In this document: positions 43,311 to 55,869 of the stretch, in pieces
Layout: every line of letters begins with the position of its first letter
How positions within the stretch are numbered: the first letter of the stretch is position 1
Source of the DNA: the human T2T-CHM13v2.0 reference genome, Homo sapiens
NCBI RefSeq assembly: GCF_009914755.1
Contig: NC_060935.1
Length of the DNA: 64,000 bases
Reading direction: 5' to 3' (one strand)
Program-made: the position numbers and the translations under genes
The notes under the pieces: generated by a model
What the model saw: only the letters and a program-made list of their open reading frames with translations
Database searches by the model: none
What the model was told of the DNA's origin: nothing

Positions 43311-44039
43311 CACACACTTAAATTAGATGTTTGTATAATCATAAATTGGGTGTGTACGTGAGTTGATGGCTTGTTAGTTAGTTTTTTATCTACCAAAGTT
43401 CTTACTGTTGGTTATGTTCTTGTTTCCACTACATGAAAGTGAATTCAATATCTCTCTTTTCTTTTGTACTTTTCCATCACTGCAGGTTGAAAAAAATGGT
43501 GAAAGCACATTCAGAGCATGCCTTCAAACTGTTTTCATGCTGATGGAACAAGAGAAGTCTATTGGTCCCGGTGACCTAAGGTCTAGATGCTAAACTCTCA
43601 GTAGCAATACAGTGTGCATTTTCCAGATCTATTTTCTGTACTTATATCTCAAGAACAAAGCAAGGCAGTAGCTGAACCAGCCAGGAATTCCAGGTCTTTA
43701 CCATCATCTCTTCTTCTGAAATACCCATTATGCATAACAACATCTTCCATATGTACCTGAGCAATGAATAGTGATGAAATAAATTAAATTTGCACAATTA
43801 TTCATCCAGTCATCCATTGATTGATTTTGCTAGCTATATACTGAAATAACAGCACAGTGTTTGACATTGTTCAAGAAATGAAGCAAGTGTGTAAATACAC
43901 TGCCTGCTCTCAAAGGAGATTATAACAACACAAAATGAAATGACCAGAATACACTCACTTCCCTTTTGCTTCTAACTTCGTCTCACTATTACCCTCCATG
44001 ATAGTCTGGAGGGTCTTAGCCCTCGTACCTGTCTGAATT

Positions 44040-44327
44040 TTTAGACATGAGAGCTCCTCCTTTTTTAGTAAGAGTAAGGGCCTTTTAAAAGGGACTTTGT
44101 GCAGCATTTGGCTAGCTTGCTCTTCCACTCTGCTGCCATGTAAGGACTCCGTGTTCATTCCTTTTGCCCTTCCATCTTCCGTCATCCCACAGCAAGGAGG
44201 CCCTCACCAGATGGCGGTGGCTTGATATTAGACTTCCCACTTGTAGAACCATAAGAAATACATTTCTACACTACAAATTACCCAATCTGTAGTATTCTAC
44301 CATAGCAGTATAAAAGAGACTGAGACA
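44040..44327 (+). mobile_element. MaLR LTR (MSTC/MSTD-like), partial
   Basis: 'ctgccatgtaaggac...cagcaaggaggccctcaccagatg...aaattacccaatctgt...gactgagaca'. Confidence 0.75.
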
Positions 44328-44399
44328 GTGTCGCAACAATAACTCAGACTATTGCATCCAAACTCAAATCTTTACCAGGTCCCACCCTGCCCCCAACTT

Positions 44400-45590
44400 G
44401 ACTGGCAGTCACTGTCTCATACCTCAAGGGATCTTATCACCATTCAGTCAGCAGCACAAACAAAGCAGCGGTTGTCAGCTTTGATTTTCCTCTCCCTCTG
44501 CCCCATATCCACTCCACCATCAAATTCACCCTTTGAATCACATTCAGATAGACATCCCTCTCTCCATCTTCACCACCATTACCCTGTGTTTCAACCTCCT
44601 CTCCTATCCCTTAGCTTCTCTTATTTTTATAGCATTCTAGTTTGTATATCTGCCCCAATTCAGGTTTCTCTCTGATATGCCTCCCATAAAAAAGTCAGAA
44701 TTACCTTTCCAAAAGGCAAATTATACCTATCTATGCATAAAAATGTCTAAAGCTACCCATTGCTCTTGGGATAAAAAGAAAACTAAAAATGGACTTCTAG
44801 ACAGCATGGTTCATCCTACACACTTAGTCTCGGGCCCACATTCTTTATAAGAGCCCTTTACTTGGGGTGCTGTCCAAAGAGGTCTTCTTTCAATCCATCA
44901 TGTTCCCTACATCCTCTCTCTGCAAGGGCCCTCTACAGTGTTGTCACCTCCCTCCCTCATCCTAACTCCCTCTGATGGGCTCTGTAGCTCTCTGTTTATA
45001 CTTGTCACTCTTGTACTTTTTAATTTGTATGTTGGACTATAAGATTGTCCATCTCCCTAAGTGTATTAGTCCATTCTTGCACTGCTATAAAGAAATACCT
45101 GAGATTGGATAATTTATCAAGAAAAGAGGTTTAATTGGCTCATGGTTCTGCAGGCTGTACAGGAAGAGTGGAAGCATCTGCTCAGCTTCTGAGGAGGCCT
45201 CAGGAAACTCTCAGTCGTAGTGGAAAAGGAAGGGGAAGCAGGCATGTCTTACATGGCTGGAGCAGGAAGAAGAGAGAAGTGGGGAAGGAAATACACACTT
45301 TTAAACAATCAGATCTCAGGAGAACTTAGCACCAAGGAGATAGTGCCTAACCATTCATGAGAAACCACCCCATGATCCAATTACCTCCCGCCAGGCCCCA
45401 CCTTAAACATTGGGGATTACAATTGAATGTGAGATTTGGATGGGGGCATAAATCCAAACCATATCACTAAGTAAGTTTCATTATAGCAGGGACCATTGGC
45501 TTTTCATTCCTTGTTGTACACCCAGCGCCTAGTCCATAGTAGGTGCTCAGAAAATACTGCTGGAGAAACAAAGGAATAAGTGAATGAGGA
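44400..45590 (+). mobile_element. L2 LINE 3' region interrupted by MSTA
   Basis: L2-like body; tail 'cccagcgcctag...catagtaggtgctcag.aaata' resumes after the LTR. Confidence 0.7.
45062..45466 (-). mobile_element. MSTA MaLR solo LTR
   Basis: 'tgtattagtccattcttgcactgctataaagaaatacctgag...ccaaaccatatca'; perfect 5-bp TSD CTAAG (45057-45061, 45467-45471). Confidence 0.93.
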
Positions 45591-45719
45591 AATCATAAAA
45601 ATGAGATAATTCTTAAATGTACTCTGCCCTTTTCTGTTATTTGTTAAACTAAATGTGCTCGTATAATAGGAGTTTGTGTTTCTCTTCAATGTTTTCCTCA
45701 GAAAATATACAGCATTTCT

Positions 45720-46630
45720 TAATCTGTGTTTGTAACTTTTACCCATGTTAATACATAAGTAGTGTATATTTTTGTTTAAAAGTAAAGGAATAAAGGTAAA
45801 CATAAGAAATGTAAAAGATCACCCAAATACAGTACTCAGATTATTAGTGGTATTTTGATATGTATTTTTCTTTTTGTCTGTGTGTTTTTAAGCAAAAAGT
45901 GGAGATATACTATTCATTTTTTGTAATCTGCTTGTTTTTTCTATTTATCAGGAACATCTAATCTTTCCATATTAATAAATAGTTTCTACAACATTGTCAT
46001 ATCATTTAGTAACTACCTTGTGTTGTTTTACTTTGACATATCATGATTTGTTTTCAGAATATTGGAATATTTTTTCTCTCTGGCAATTACAAAAATTTCT
46101 GCTGACAATCTTTGAGGTTATATCTTTATGAACATACTTAATGATTTTTTGGAATAAATTGTCATATTTGGAAATGCTGGGTCAATGCTTGTACAACATT
46201 TTAAAGTAAAAATTAGCGAGGCGTGGTGGCACGTGCCTGTAGTACCAGCTACTCAGGAGGCTGAAGCAGGAGAATTGCTTGAACCCAGAGGTGGAGGTTG
46301 CAGTGAGCTGAGATTGCGCCACTGTACTCCAGCCTGGGTGACAGAGACTGTGTCTAAAAAAAAAAAAAAAAAAAATTAAAGCATTTGGCATGCACTGCAA
46401 AATTGCCCTTCAGAAAGGTTGTACCAATTTATGTCTCTGCTGAGATAGCTGTGAATGCCTGCTTTCTTGCCCCTTTGGCAATAGTAGCTATCATTTGTGT
46501 TTTAAATCTTTGCCAATTTGACAGATAAGTAAATATTGCCTTCATGTTTAATTTTCATTTTTTTGCTAACCTGTGGCTAAATATTCTCATGTTTATAAGC
46601 CATTTGCAATTTTTCTTTTGTGACTTAAAT
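45720..46630 (-). mobile_element. Old L1 (L1ME-like) antisense fragment
   Basis: 'ggaaatgctgggtcaa', 'aaattgcccttcagaaaggttgtaccaattta', 'tttgccaatttgacag'. Confidence 0.7.
46208..46374 (+). mobile_element. Alu right arm only (5'-truncated)
   Basis: Starts at the linker 'aaaaattagc'; has a poly-A tail. Confidence 0.9.
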
Positions 46631-46643
46631 GGATTCTCTTCTT

Positions 46644-46751
46644 TTTCTTTGTTTTTTTTTTTTTTTTTTGACGGAGTCTCGCTCTGTCGCCCAGGCTGGA
46701 GTGCAGTGCCGCGATCTCGGCTCACTGTAAGCTCCGCCTCCCGATTCACGC
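46644..46751 (-). mobile_element. Severely 5'-truncated AluY-like insertion
   Basis: CpG-intact 3' end of Alu; perfect TSD gattctcttctt at 46632-46643 and 46752-46763. Confidence 0.9.
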
Positions 46752-48540
46752 GATTCTCTTCTTAATGATACAAGGTTATAGCTTAAAATGTAGAATATTT
46801 TATGGAAGGTCTTTGAAGGCGAAGGGGATGTAAAGGTTTCTCTCCTGATATTCTCAGTGGCTTAGCCCTGGCTTTCACACTTGCTATGTCTGCTCATTTT
46901 AGTACCTCTCTAAACTTCACATCAGCTATCACCTGTTCTTACCAATCTTACAAATAGTTAGTGCTTGCATTGTATTTACCTTCTTATGTTCCATGAGCTA
47001 AAAACACAAATTAAAAACTAGACAAAATTGAAAGATAATCAAACTTGCCAAACAAAATGTAACATTAACTCTAATATTAACTCTGGGCAAACTTCGGGTT
47101 GCTAAGAGAATGCGGTGACCTGCTTCTGGGTCTTGACTATGCTACAGGTAATAGATACCCCCATGTAAGTTTCTCTGAATAACTAAGAAGCAACTGCGTT
47201 TGTACTTTATCTTTTCCTTATCATGGGAAATATCTGATCTCTTCAGCAAATTTTTGGTAACAGGCCTCAATTAGAGCCAGGAAGTCCTGGGAATTCCCCT
47301 GACAGCTTGTCCACAGAAACCATCTGGCCCAACAGGGAAAATCAAAATAAGTCCTCTCTGCCTTCATCATGAGCCCAGATTAGCAAAGAAGAAAAAATTT
47401 CCTTCTCAGGAAGACTTACCATTAAATTTAGTCACTGACTTTCAGACACCTTCACTGCATAAATAGACTAAGACAGATTGTTCCCAGAGCTTCTGAAAAA
47501 GAAAGTCAGATAAACTGTAACAAATTTGAAAAGGAGCCAAAATAATTAATAGAAACTGTTTCATTGCTGTCTTGTTTCTCTTCCTAATTAATATTTATGT
47601 GCACACATTCCAGAGACATTGCTGTTTGCTTAAGAATACACTATTGCAATATTTATTGTTGGCTACAGCTGTTTTTGCAATAAGAATTCATTGAGCAGCC
47701 TAAAATTGACAGATTAATACCCTGGTAATTAAATTTCCTAAATGAGAAGAACTATTTCTCTCCTCCTAAAAAACAAACAAAACAAGTATAGTAAGAACTA
47801 GGGGTGCAGAACGATTATAGATCCTAAAATACCAAAAGGAGTTTTGGTCAGAAAGATGTGCGAGATTTTCATCTTCAAAGAGCTGTAATAGGTTGAAAAA
47901 TCACCAGACTGAGGTCTCATTTCTAGGGGCGGGAGGGGCAGGTGGTGCAGGTGGCTATGAAAAGTCAAAGCCTTTTGCAGAAGGCAGTGTTTGTGTTGGT
48001 GGTAAGTGCTGAATGTCTTTACAATGACTTTGTTATGACAGCTCTACACTAATAAATTACAACCAGTGCAACCCCTAATCGGGAAGTTTCATTCATGCCA
48101 ATGAGTCATGTGAGCTTGTGCCTGTAGCAGGCCAGTTTTAATGTAATGGCAAAGGATCCAGAAGAGTCAGGAGGGGCCACCCCTGGAGCATAATACTCCT
48201 AATTACAGCACAGTTAAATTGCATCTGAAAACCTCACCACTCCACCCCACCCCATCCTGTTCCCACCCTGCCATACACGTGGGAAATCCAATTGTGGTTT
48301 GCAGTGAGAGACCAAGAGTCATCCAGACCCTTCTCCAAACAAATAACTTTCCCAGCTTTCTGCTGGCAGGCTAGATTTGGCTGCAATCATCAACTAAATT
48401 CCAACATTTTTGTTATTTAACATTTGTGTAAAACTTCCTTTCTTCCAAGTGCTTTGCAGTCATCAATCAGTTATTAGCCAGCTTGTGATGGATGAGTGTG
48501 CAGTTCCTAAATTTTACTCTGCACCAAATAAAGCAGTAAC

Positions 48541-48672
48541 TCTCTCTTTCCCTCTCTACCTCTTTCACTTCCCATCTCTCCTTCCTTTTCTCTCCCTCTG
48601 TCCCTCTCTCCCTCTGCCCCTCTCCTCGTCTCTTCCCCTTTCTCCTCCTCTTCCCCTTACTCTCTCCTTTCC
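48541..48672. repeat. CT-rich polypyrimidine low-complexity tract
   Basis: ~130 bp almost entirely C/T. Confidence 0.9.
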
Positions 48673-50267
48673 AGTCAATCCCATCAATCCAGTCAGGCTC
48701 TTAGTCCTGTGAGGAAGCTCTTTATCTTGGCAAAGGTGGGCCTCCCAGAACCTCTGACCACCTCCATTCAGCAGAACCACATCTCTTACACCACTCCCTG
48801 ATGCTACACAGTAAAGTCCCTTTTCATCACCAGGTCTGTCAGTCACACTAAATTGGTAAATCATTTCTCTTGTCAGATGTTTCAGCCTGGCCCCCCCTGC
48901 CCTTCCAGACACTGATAATTGAGAACAAATAGTGTGTTAACCGCTTGTTTATTAATAAAACATTTGCCTCCCCTAACGCAAGCAGTAAGTAATTTGAAGT
49001 GACATGGCTGTTATGTTCACAGTTATTTCTCAGTACCGCTGAGAAATGCATATATTTATCTCTGTTTTGGGAAGCCCAAATTTACACCTTCAGTTTTTCA
49101 TTAAAGGCACACATCTCCCCTTTGTAGTTTGTCTGCCTTTCTCAGCTGCCTGTTTTGGTTTGTGTAATGCCCATAGGTACCTGTCACTGGGAAGACTTGG
49201 GGAAACCCAAAGAGAAACACTGGGCATTTTGAAATCCGGCCGAAAGCACTGCACCATCTTTCATTCCCTGTTCAAATGCGATCTCTTCATCACAAAAAGA
49301 TGCCAACTCCTAGTCAAGGTATTATTTCATTATGTACTCTCAATGATACTTGATCTAATTTCACTCTTTGTCTAAAAATTGGTTTAGTACCGATTGTACT
49401 CACTTGCAGCACTATCAAGGGAGACTACTGACTCCAACCCCATCGTCAATTCTCAGCATTCAGGCTGGTTTTAGCTATCTGTCATGCAACTCCTTTTTAT
49501 CCAGTCACTTCCTCTAGGTTACTTTACCACCCTCAACTCAGTTAGGCCTAATCCAAGGAACAATTATTTTTTTTTTCCTACCAAATGTTCAGGCTTTCAT
49601 TTTTCCCCTTTTCCTAGCTAATACTAACAGTTGAACTCAGAGAATATTCCTGCAGCATTCTCACTGACTCCAATTAATTCACATGCATAAGAATCTTACT
49701 TTCTAGCATCTTGACTAATTGCTTATACCCAGTTTCTACTTGAACTAGGCCAAAAAAGAAATTAAAGTATCATAAAGAAAACCTCATCAATGTTTTCTGT
49801 TTGTGTTTTTTAGCATACTTGAGCTTCTGAATGTGCTTTTCCCAGAAGGATTGAAGACCAAAGGGATCACCCTTTGGTCCTGAAAGGACATGTATTAGTA
49901 ATGCTGTCAACTAATTAGCCAGGGCTGTACAGCAAGAGCACATGTTGTTGCTTCAACTGCAGACAGAATAAGCAACTCTGTTCCTCTGAGTAAACTGATT
50001 AACCTTTATCTCCCAATTTAAAAGTCTAGAATGATGTTACAAACAATTACCTCTCAAATCAATCATAATTAGTCCATTTGTGTGGTAGTAAAACAACACC
50101 TCCAAATTCTGGTATTTTTGATATTTACTAACTTTTTCAAAAATATTTATTGAATATTCACCATTTTTCTGGAATGGATTAGACACTGGACTTGTCATAA
50201 AATTGATTAAGCAAAGCTAGTAAGTAGTTTAGAGCAAAAGGTTTACATAAGGAGGATCAAAAGGAGG

Positions 50268-51217
50268 GGTGACAGTAAGAATAATGCCCCTTCCACATCC
50301 ATGTTTGTGTCTTAATTTCGGGACTAGGGCTTTTTTTTTTCTATGAAAATGAAAATGATTGAATAGAGGTGAACACACAGCAAGTGCACACGGAGTGAGA
50401 CATGGCTATCATAGAACATGTTGTGAGTGAATGAAAAATTCACACCTCTTCCACCCTTCACTCAGTAACAGAATGCTCCAGGCCACCTCCTCCTCGGCCC
50501 ACTCCCCAAACTCTCCCTCCTGCTTGCCCATAGCATCCTGATATTGTTGGGACTCAGACATCAGGTCCTTCACGTTGCTCTCAGCCTCAGTCAACTCCAT
50601 CTCATCCATGCCCCAACCTACGTACCAGTGCAGGAAGGCCTTGCACATGAACATGGCTGTGAACTGCTCTAAGATACACCTGAATAGCACCTGGAAGGCT
50701 ATTTTGTTGCTGAAGAAGGTGGCAGACATTTTTAGCCCCCAAAGTTGGATATCACAGACAGCTGTTTTCACATTGTGGAGGATGGGAATGTCCCAGTGAA
50801 CATGTTATTTTACATAGCAAAAGGGACTTTGCAAATATGATTAACAACCTTGAGATGTGGAGATTGTCCTGGATCCAATCCACTTATATGAGTCCTTAAA
50901 AACTAAGAACCTTTCCAAACTATGGTGACAAAGAGATGTGCTGATAAAAGCAGGGTCAGAGAGATGCTGTGTTACTAGCTTTGAAGATTTGAAAAGAGGC
51001 TACAAGTCAAGTAATGCAGGTGGTCTCTAGAAGCTGGAAAAGGCAAGAAAATTAATTCTTATAGAAGCTTCAGAAAGGAATCATGCTCTGTGGATATCTT
51101 GATGCCAGCCCAGCAGGGCCCATGTTGCATTACTAACCTACATAACTGTAAGATAATAAATTTTATTTTTCCGTCAGTTTGTGGTGATTTCTTATGGCTG
51201 CAATAGAAACTAGTACA
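50268..51217 (+). mobile_element. MLT1D-like MaLR LTR, split by the tubulin retrocopy
   Basis: 5' piece 'agaataatgcccc...gtcttaat'; remainder 'gtgaacatgtta.tttacatagcaaaagggactttgca...gctggaaaaggcaag...caatagaaactagtaca'; TSD ggagg/ggagt. Confidence 0.85.
50331..50782 (-). pseudogene. Processed beta-tubulin pseudogene fragment (TUBB4B-type C-terminus, 3'UTR and poly-A)
   Basis: ORF 50409-50771 gives KTAVCDI...GLKMSATF...EQFTAMF..KAFLHWY..GMDEME.TEAESN...QQYQDA...EGEF...AEEEVA; the EEEVA terminus is TUBB4B/TUBB8 type; UTR ends 'cattttcatag' + A10; stop TAG has become TGG. Confidence 0.93.
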
Positions 51218-51430
51218 GGAGTTTGGGCTCGAAGTACAATTGTACCCCTCATTAGCTAATTTGAGCATATTATTTAATCTTTTTAGTTTCTTGGTTTCTT
51301 TATCTGTGAATCTGAGAGAATAATATCTGCTTTATAGTTCATGATGAGGAAAACAGGAAGGTGAAGCAGGTAAATGCTCTGGCACTATGCTAGAAGGTAA
51401 TGGGTGTTCAGCGAATAGTTGCTGAACACA
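51218..51430 (+). mobile_element. MIR SINE (probable host of the MLT1D)
   Basis: 'ttatttaatc...ggtttctttatctgtgaa...ataatatctgc...gtaaatgctctggcac'. Confidence 0.65.
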
Positions 51431-52273
51431 TTGTAGATGCATGACTCTGAAAGTCATCTCTACCAAGTCATCAAAGGTTTAAATATAACATCTTGCTGAG
51501 TAGACTAAGAAGCTCACCAAGTACAAGTCAGCAGCAGAGATGTAGAAACACTGCAGAAATCGGAAAAGGGGAACCTCCCATGAGTCCAATAGAGATTATG
51601 CTTCAACATCCTGCCCAATTAAGTCCTATAATAACTTTCCTCATTTTACCTCTGTTGCTTGTGCCAGGTACACCATTACTCATTAGAGCTTCCAGTCTAC
51701 ATTCAGCTGCATCCCTGAGCATGCACCATAGTTAAAACATGTATCTAGCTATACTGTACTGCTGGTTTCTTTCCATTCACATTAATTATGACCAGTAATG
51801 GGATGCAACTGAGGCAGTGTTGCAGATAATCCCACAGTAATGAAAAAGCTCTGGATCTCCCAATTATCCATCAGCATCATCCAAGGTTGGTTAATCTTCT
51901 CACAGAGTAAGATGTTTATATAAAAGTCTAACTGTGCTCACAGACTACAGGCTTCCGATTAACCAGAGAGCTTTGGGGTTGGCAGAGATCTTAGAGATCA
52001 CTGGGCTCAACCTCCCATGGGTAAGCAGGGAGGTTCACAACTGTTCAAGAGAGACTGGTGAATCTACAAGGTCCAAGCTGGTGGTAAAATTTGCTATAGC
52101 TTTCCCTGTAAGTAATTTGAGGATTAATAGTTTAAACTTTACTAAGCTCATAACTTTTAGGTACCTGTGAATGTCAAATTTTACTAGAGTTGCCCCAAAT
52201 GGAATGTACTACTTGTAAAGAATAGGAAGTAGAACATTTAATCAAAAGAAAGATGAAGATAATGCAGAAAAGT

Positions 52274-52574
52274 GGCCAGGCACGGTGGCTTACACCTGTA
52301 ATCCCAGCACTTTGGGAGGCTGAGGTGGGTGAATCACATGAGGTCAGGAGTTCGAGACCAGCTTGGCCAACATGGCGAAACCCCATCTCTACTAAAACTA
52401 TAAAAATTAGCTGGACGTGGTGGTGCATGTGTGTAGACCCCGCTACTTAGGAGGCTGAGGCAGGAAAATCACTTGAAACCAGGAGGCGGAGGTTGCAGTG
52501 AGTCGAGATCGTACCATTGCACTTCAGCCTGGGTGACAGAGCAAGACTCTGTAAAAAAAAAAAAAAAAAAAAAA
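52274..52574 (+). mobile_element. Alu (AluSx/Sz)
   Basis: Full dimer with long poly-A; TSD aatgcagaaaag. Confidence 0.96.
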
Positions 52575-52749
52575 AATGCAGAAAAGAGTACTGAATGGAT
52601 AAGATGATCAGACAAGATGATATCTTAGATAACTTCCAAAGCTAAAATTTGATGTTACACTGAATATATCTTCAGCCTTTGAGATTCTGTGCCTAGAAAA
52701 GACTCAACACAAAGAAGAAAAGAGGTGTAACCTAGTGAGATGTTTTCTT

Positions 52750-53056
52750 TTTTTCTCTTTTTTTTTTTTTTTTGAGACAGAGTCTCGCTCTCTCTGTTGC
52801 CCAAGCTGGAGTGCAGTGGTGTGATCTCGGCTCACTGAAACCACCATCTCCCAGGTTCAAGAGATTACCCTGACTCCACCTCCTGAGTGGCTGGGAGTCA
52901 GATGCGCACCACCATGCCTGGCTAATTTTTTGTAATTTAGTAGAAACAGGGTTTCACCCTGCTGGCCAGGATGGCCTCTATCTCCTGACCTGGTGATCCG
53001 CCCACCTCGGCCTCCCAAGTGGCTGGGATTACAGGCATGAGCCACCACGCCCGGCT
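52750..53056 (-). mobile_element. Alu (AluSc-like)
   Basis: Antisense dimer; TSD gagatgttttctt. Confidence 0.95.
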
Positions 53057-53947
53057 GAGATGTTTTCTTAAGGAACAATATACAACTTTAAGCAGTCTTT
53101 GTCATTATCTGTCACTTTAACATTAACTTCCAGAAGTAAAAATGTGGCTAGTGTCTGGATACTTTAGTGCATAAAAGAGTTCTAGCAAAAAAATGTTTAT
53201 TTTAAGGTCCATTGGAAAAAGAGGGAAATAATCAATATTGTCCAAACAAAGAAGTACATACCTGATGGAGAAAACCCATCACAGAGGCTGGAAATAGATT
53301 GTTTAAGGAAGAATGCACAAAGTTTGCTTTTTTAAGTGGCATTAATTATGCAGCTGAAATGCATCCAGCACGCACCTTCTATTTATCTCAAATATCTTTA
53401 CAAACTGTCTTCTATGATCTTCACAAAAGAGCTTCTCTGAATCTCCTTTTCCAACAGTGCCCATGTTCCCTGCACAGAAATAAAAATCTATCATTCTATT
53501 TCTTTAGTCTCTTCTCCCCATCTTAACCTTTAATTCAAGCTATTCCCAATCTGGAGAATAATTTCTTTTTCCAGGTGGCAAGGTATTAGAAATCTTTATG
53601 ACTTTACTTAAAGAACATCATTTTTGAGATTAATATAAAACTATCTATAACTGAATTGAGTTCTCCTTAATTCTCTCCACAGATGTTAAACTGTTAATTC
53701 AAAGCAGCCTATGAATGAATTTTATTTAGTCAATGTGCAATTCAAGTTTCAAAACTAAGTATTTTTACTGCCTTTGTTTCTAGTAATTAGACCCTTGAAT
53801 ATGTCCATAGGTTTGTCTGAGTGATTTCCAGGTCACCATCTCGAAAACAATTTCCCTGTGTTCTTTGATGCATCTCCTCTCCGCCTTGTGGCAGGCCACC
53901 ATTGACTGTCTTTGCCGCCAGTAACAGCTTAGGGCTCACTTCTTTGA

Positions 53948-54323
<376 letters not shown>

Positions 54324-54379
54324 TTTTTTTTTTTTTAATTTGTTCCAAATATAGAACATACCTTCCCCTTAATCCCTCA

Positions 54380-54665
54380 CAAAACCGGAAAGACCATCAC
54401 ACAACTTTTATGAGGGTTAATGGATGATTCAGAGACAACGAAATGGAAACAAGCAAGATAGATAATAATTTATAGCAAACTGCATATGCCCAGGTAACTC
54501 CTGGTGTTCCCTTACGGGCTGTCTCCCTGTAGCCAAATGTGGTTCCCCATTCTCACTTCCCAAAAGGCTCAGGTCATCTCTATGGCTCAGTACCTGAACC
54601 AAATTGTCTCTCAGCAGTAGGGAAAGGAAAACGTTTTTCCCTTATTTTATCACAAAGCTTGTCCC
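54380..54665. mobile_element. Possible ancient LTR fragment
   Basis: 'gggttaatggatgattcagagaca...gcaagatagataataatttat' resembles antisense ancient LTR ends; family not identified. Confidence 0.25.
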
Positions 54666-55269
54666 CTTAGACATCAAGTCCTGTGTTAAAATTCACTACC
54701 TTCCAGAATGATTAAAAATGGACAGTTTAGTCCTTTGGAATCCAAAAGATGATCATGCAGTAATCTCAAATCTGTACATTTACTGAGGTATTTGTTATCA
54801 TGTTTAAATAATAAAGCCTTACTGGGGGATGAGGGTAGTGTTATGCCAATGTCAATCAAGTTTTTTAAATACTTTCCTCATTGCTGATTCAAAACCTCTG
54901 AACCTCTGATATCATGCATACACAGGGTTATCTTGATACATGAGTAAAGATCCAAGGATGACTTCTGACCAGACTGTAGGAATCATGTTGGAGCCATGAT
55001 TCTGACAATGAAAGTATACGTTTCAATAACATTAAGAAAAATGCCAAATGGTTCAATTCTATCTGTACAATTTCAGTCATGTGTTTTCATGCCAAAACTT
55101 TAAAATGAAACTGACATTCAGAAATTCTATGAATTATTAAACCAAAGCCAAAGTACAAGGTAAACTCTTTGGTGATAAGGCTGAATAAGCTGGGTTCTAA
55201 AAATCCAGCAGATTTTATAAGTCATTATTGAACAGCATATATCAAAGCTAGAATGAGAAGGTGGAAAGG

Positions 55270-55490
55270 GAGTTAATATTTGATAAAAGCCAAGAATGAA
55301 CATTTTTATGTAAGCTATCCCATTTAATCATGACACACACCTGAAAGGTGGGTGCTGTTATTTCCATTTAATGAGTAAGAAAAATGAGATTCATAAAGAA
55401 TATGCAACTTGGGCAATGTCATGCAGCTTGTAAGTGGAAAAGTTGGGATTTTATTAAGTTCCCTCTGGCTGCAAGGCCCATGGTCTGTCT
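55270..55490 (-). mobile_element. MIR SINE
   Basis: 'catttaatc...gttatttccattt...aacttgggcaatgtcatgcagcttgtaagtgg'. Confidence 0.7.
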
Positions 55491-55869
55491 TTAAAAATGT
55501 CCTAATGAAAACCTAGTAAGACTTCAAATGAGAACTACAGCAAGGGATAGCTAATTTAAACTTGCAAAAAAACATTTTTTTTCTTTGAAAAACCCCTATT
55601 GCCAGGCAAGTTACAAGTAACTTAGGCTCCCATGTAACTTGGTCAATATGGGAAAGTCCACTGGTCCAACTGCTAGGGCAGAGATGGCCTAAAGGGCTAT
55701 GAGGGCTCTCTCCCCAAGAGCAGATGAATTAATTGCAAAATAAACATTAAAAAATTATTTGATAAATCAACTCTGGTGAAAATAGGACCTATTACTTCCA
55801 AGCTTCCTGACAGTTAAGTGACTAGAATTTGTAGAGAATTATAAATACCTGATACTAGCTAAGAGCTCC

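Noticed and set aside
48410-48912. Pro/Leu/Ser-rich and Arg/Gly/Glu-rich ORFs
   Set aside because: Products of the CT-rich low-complexity tract.
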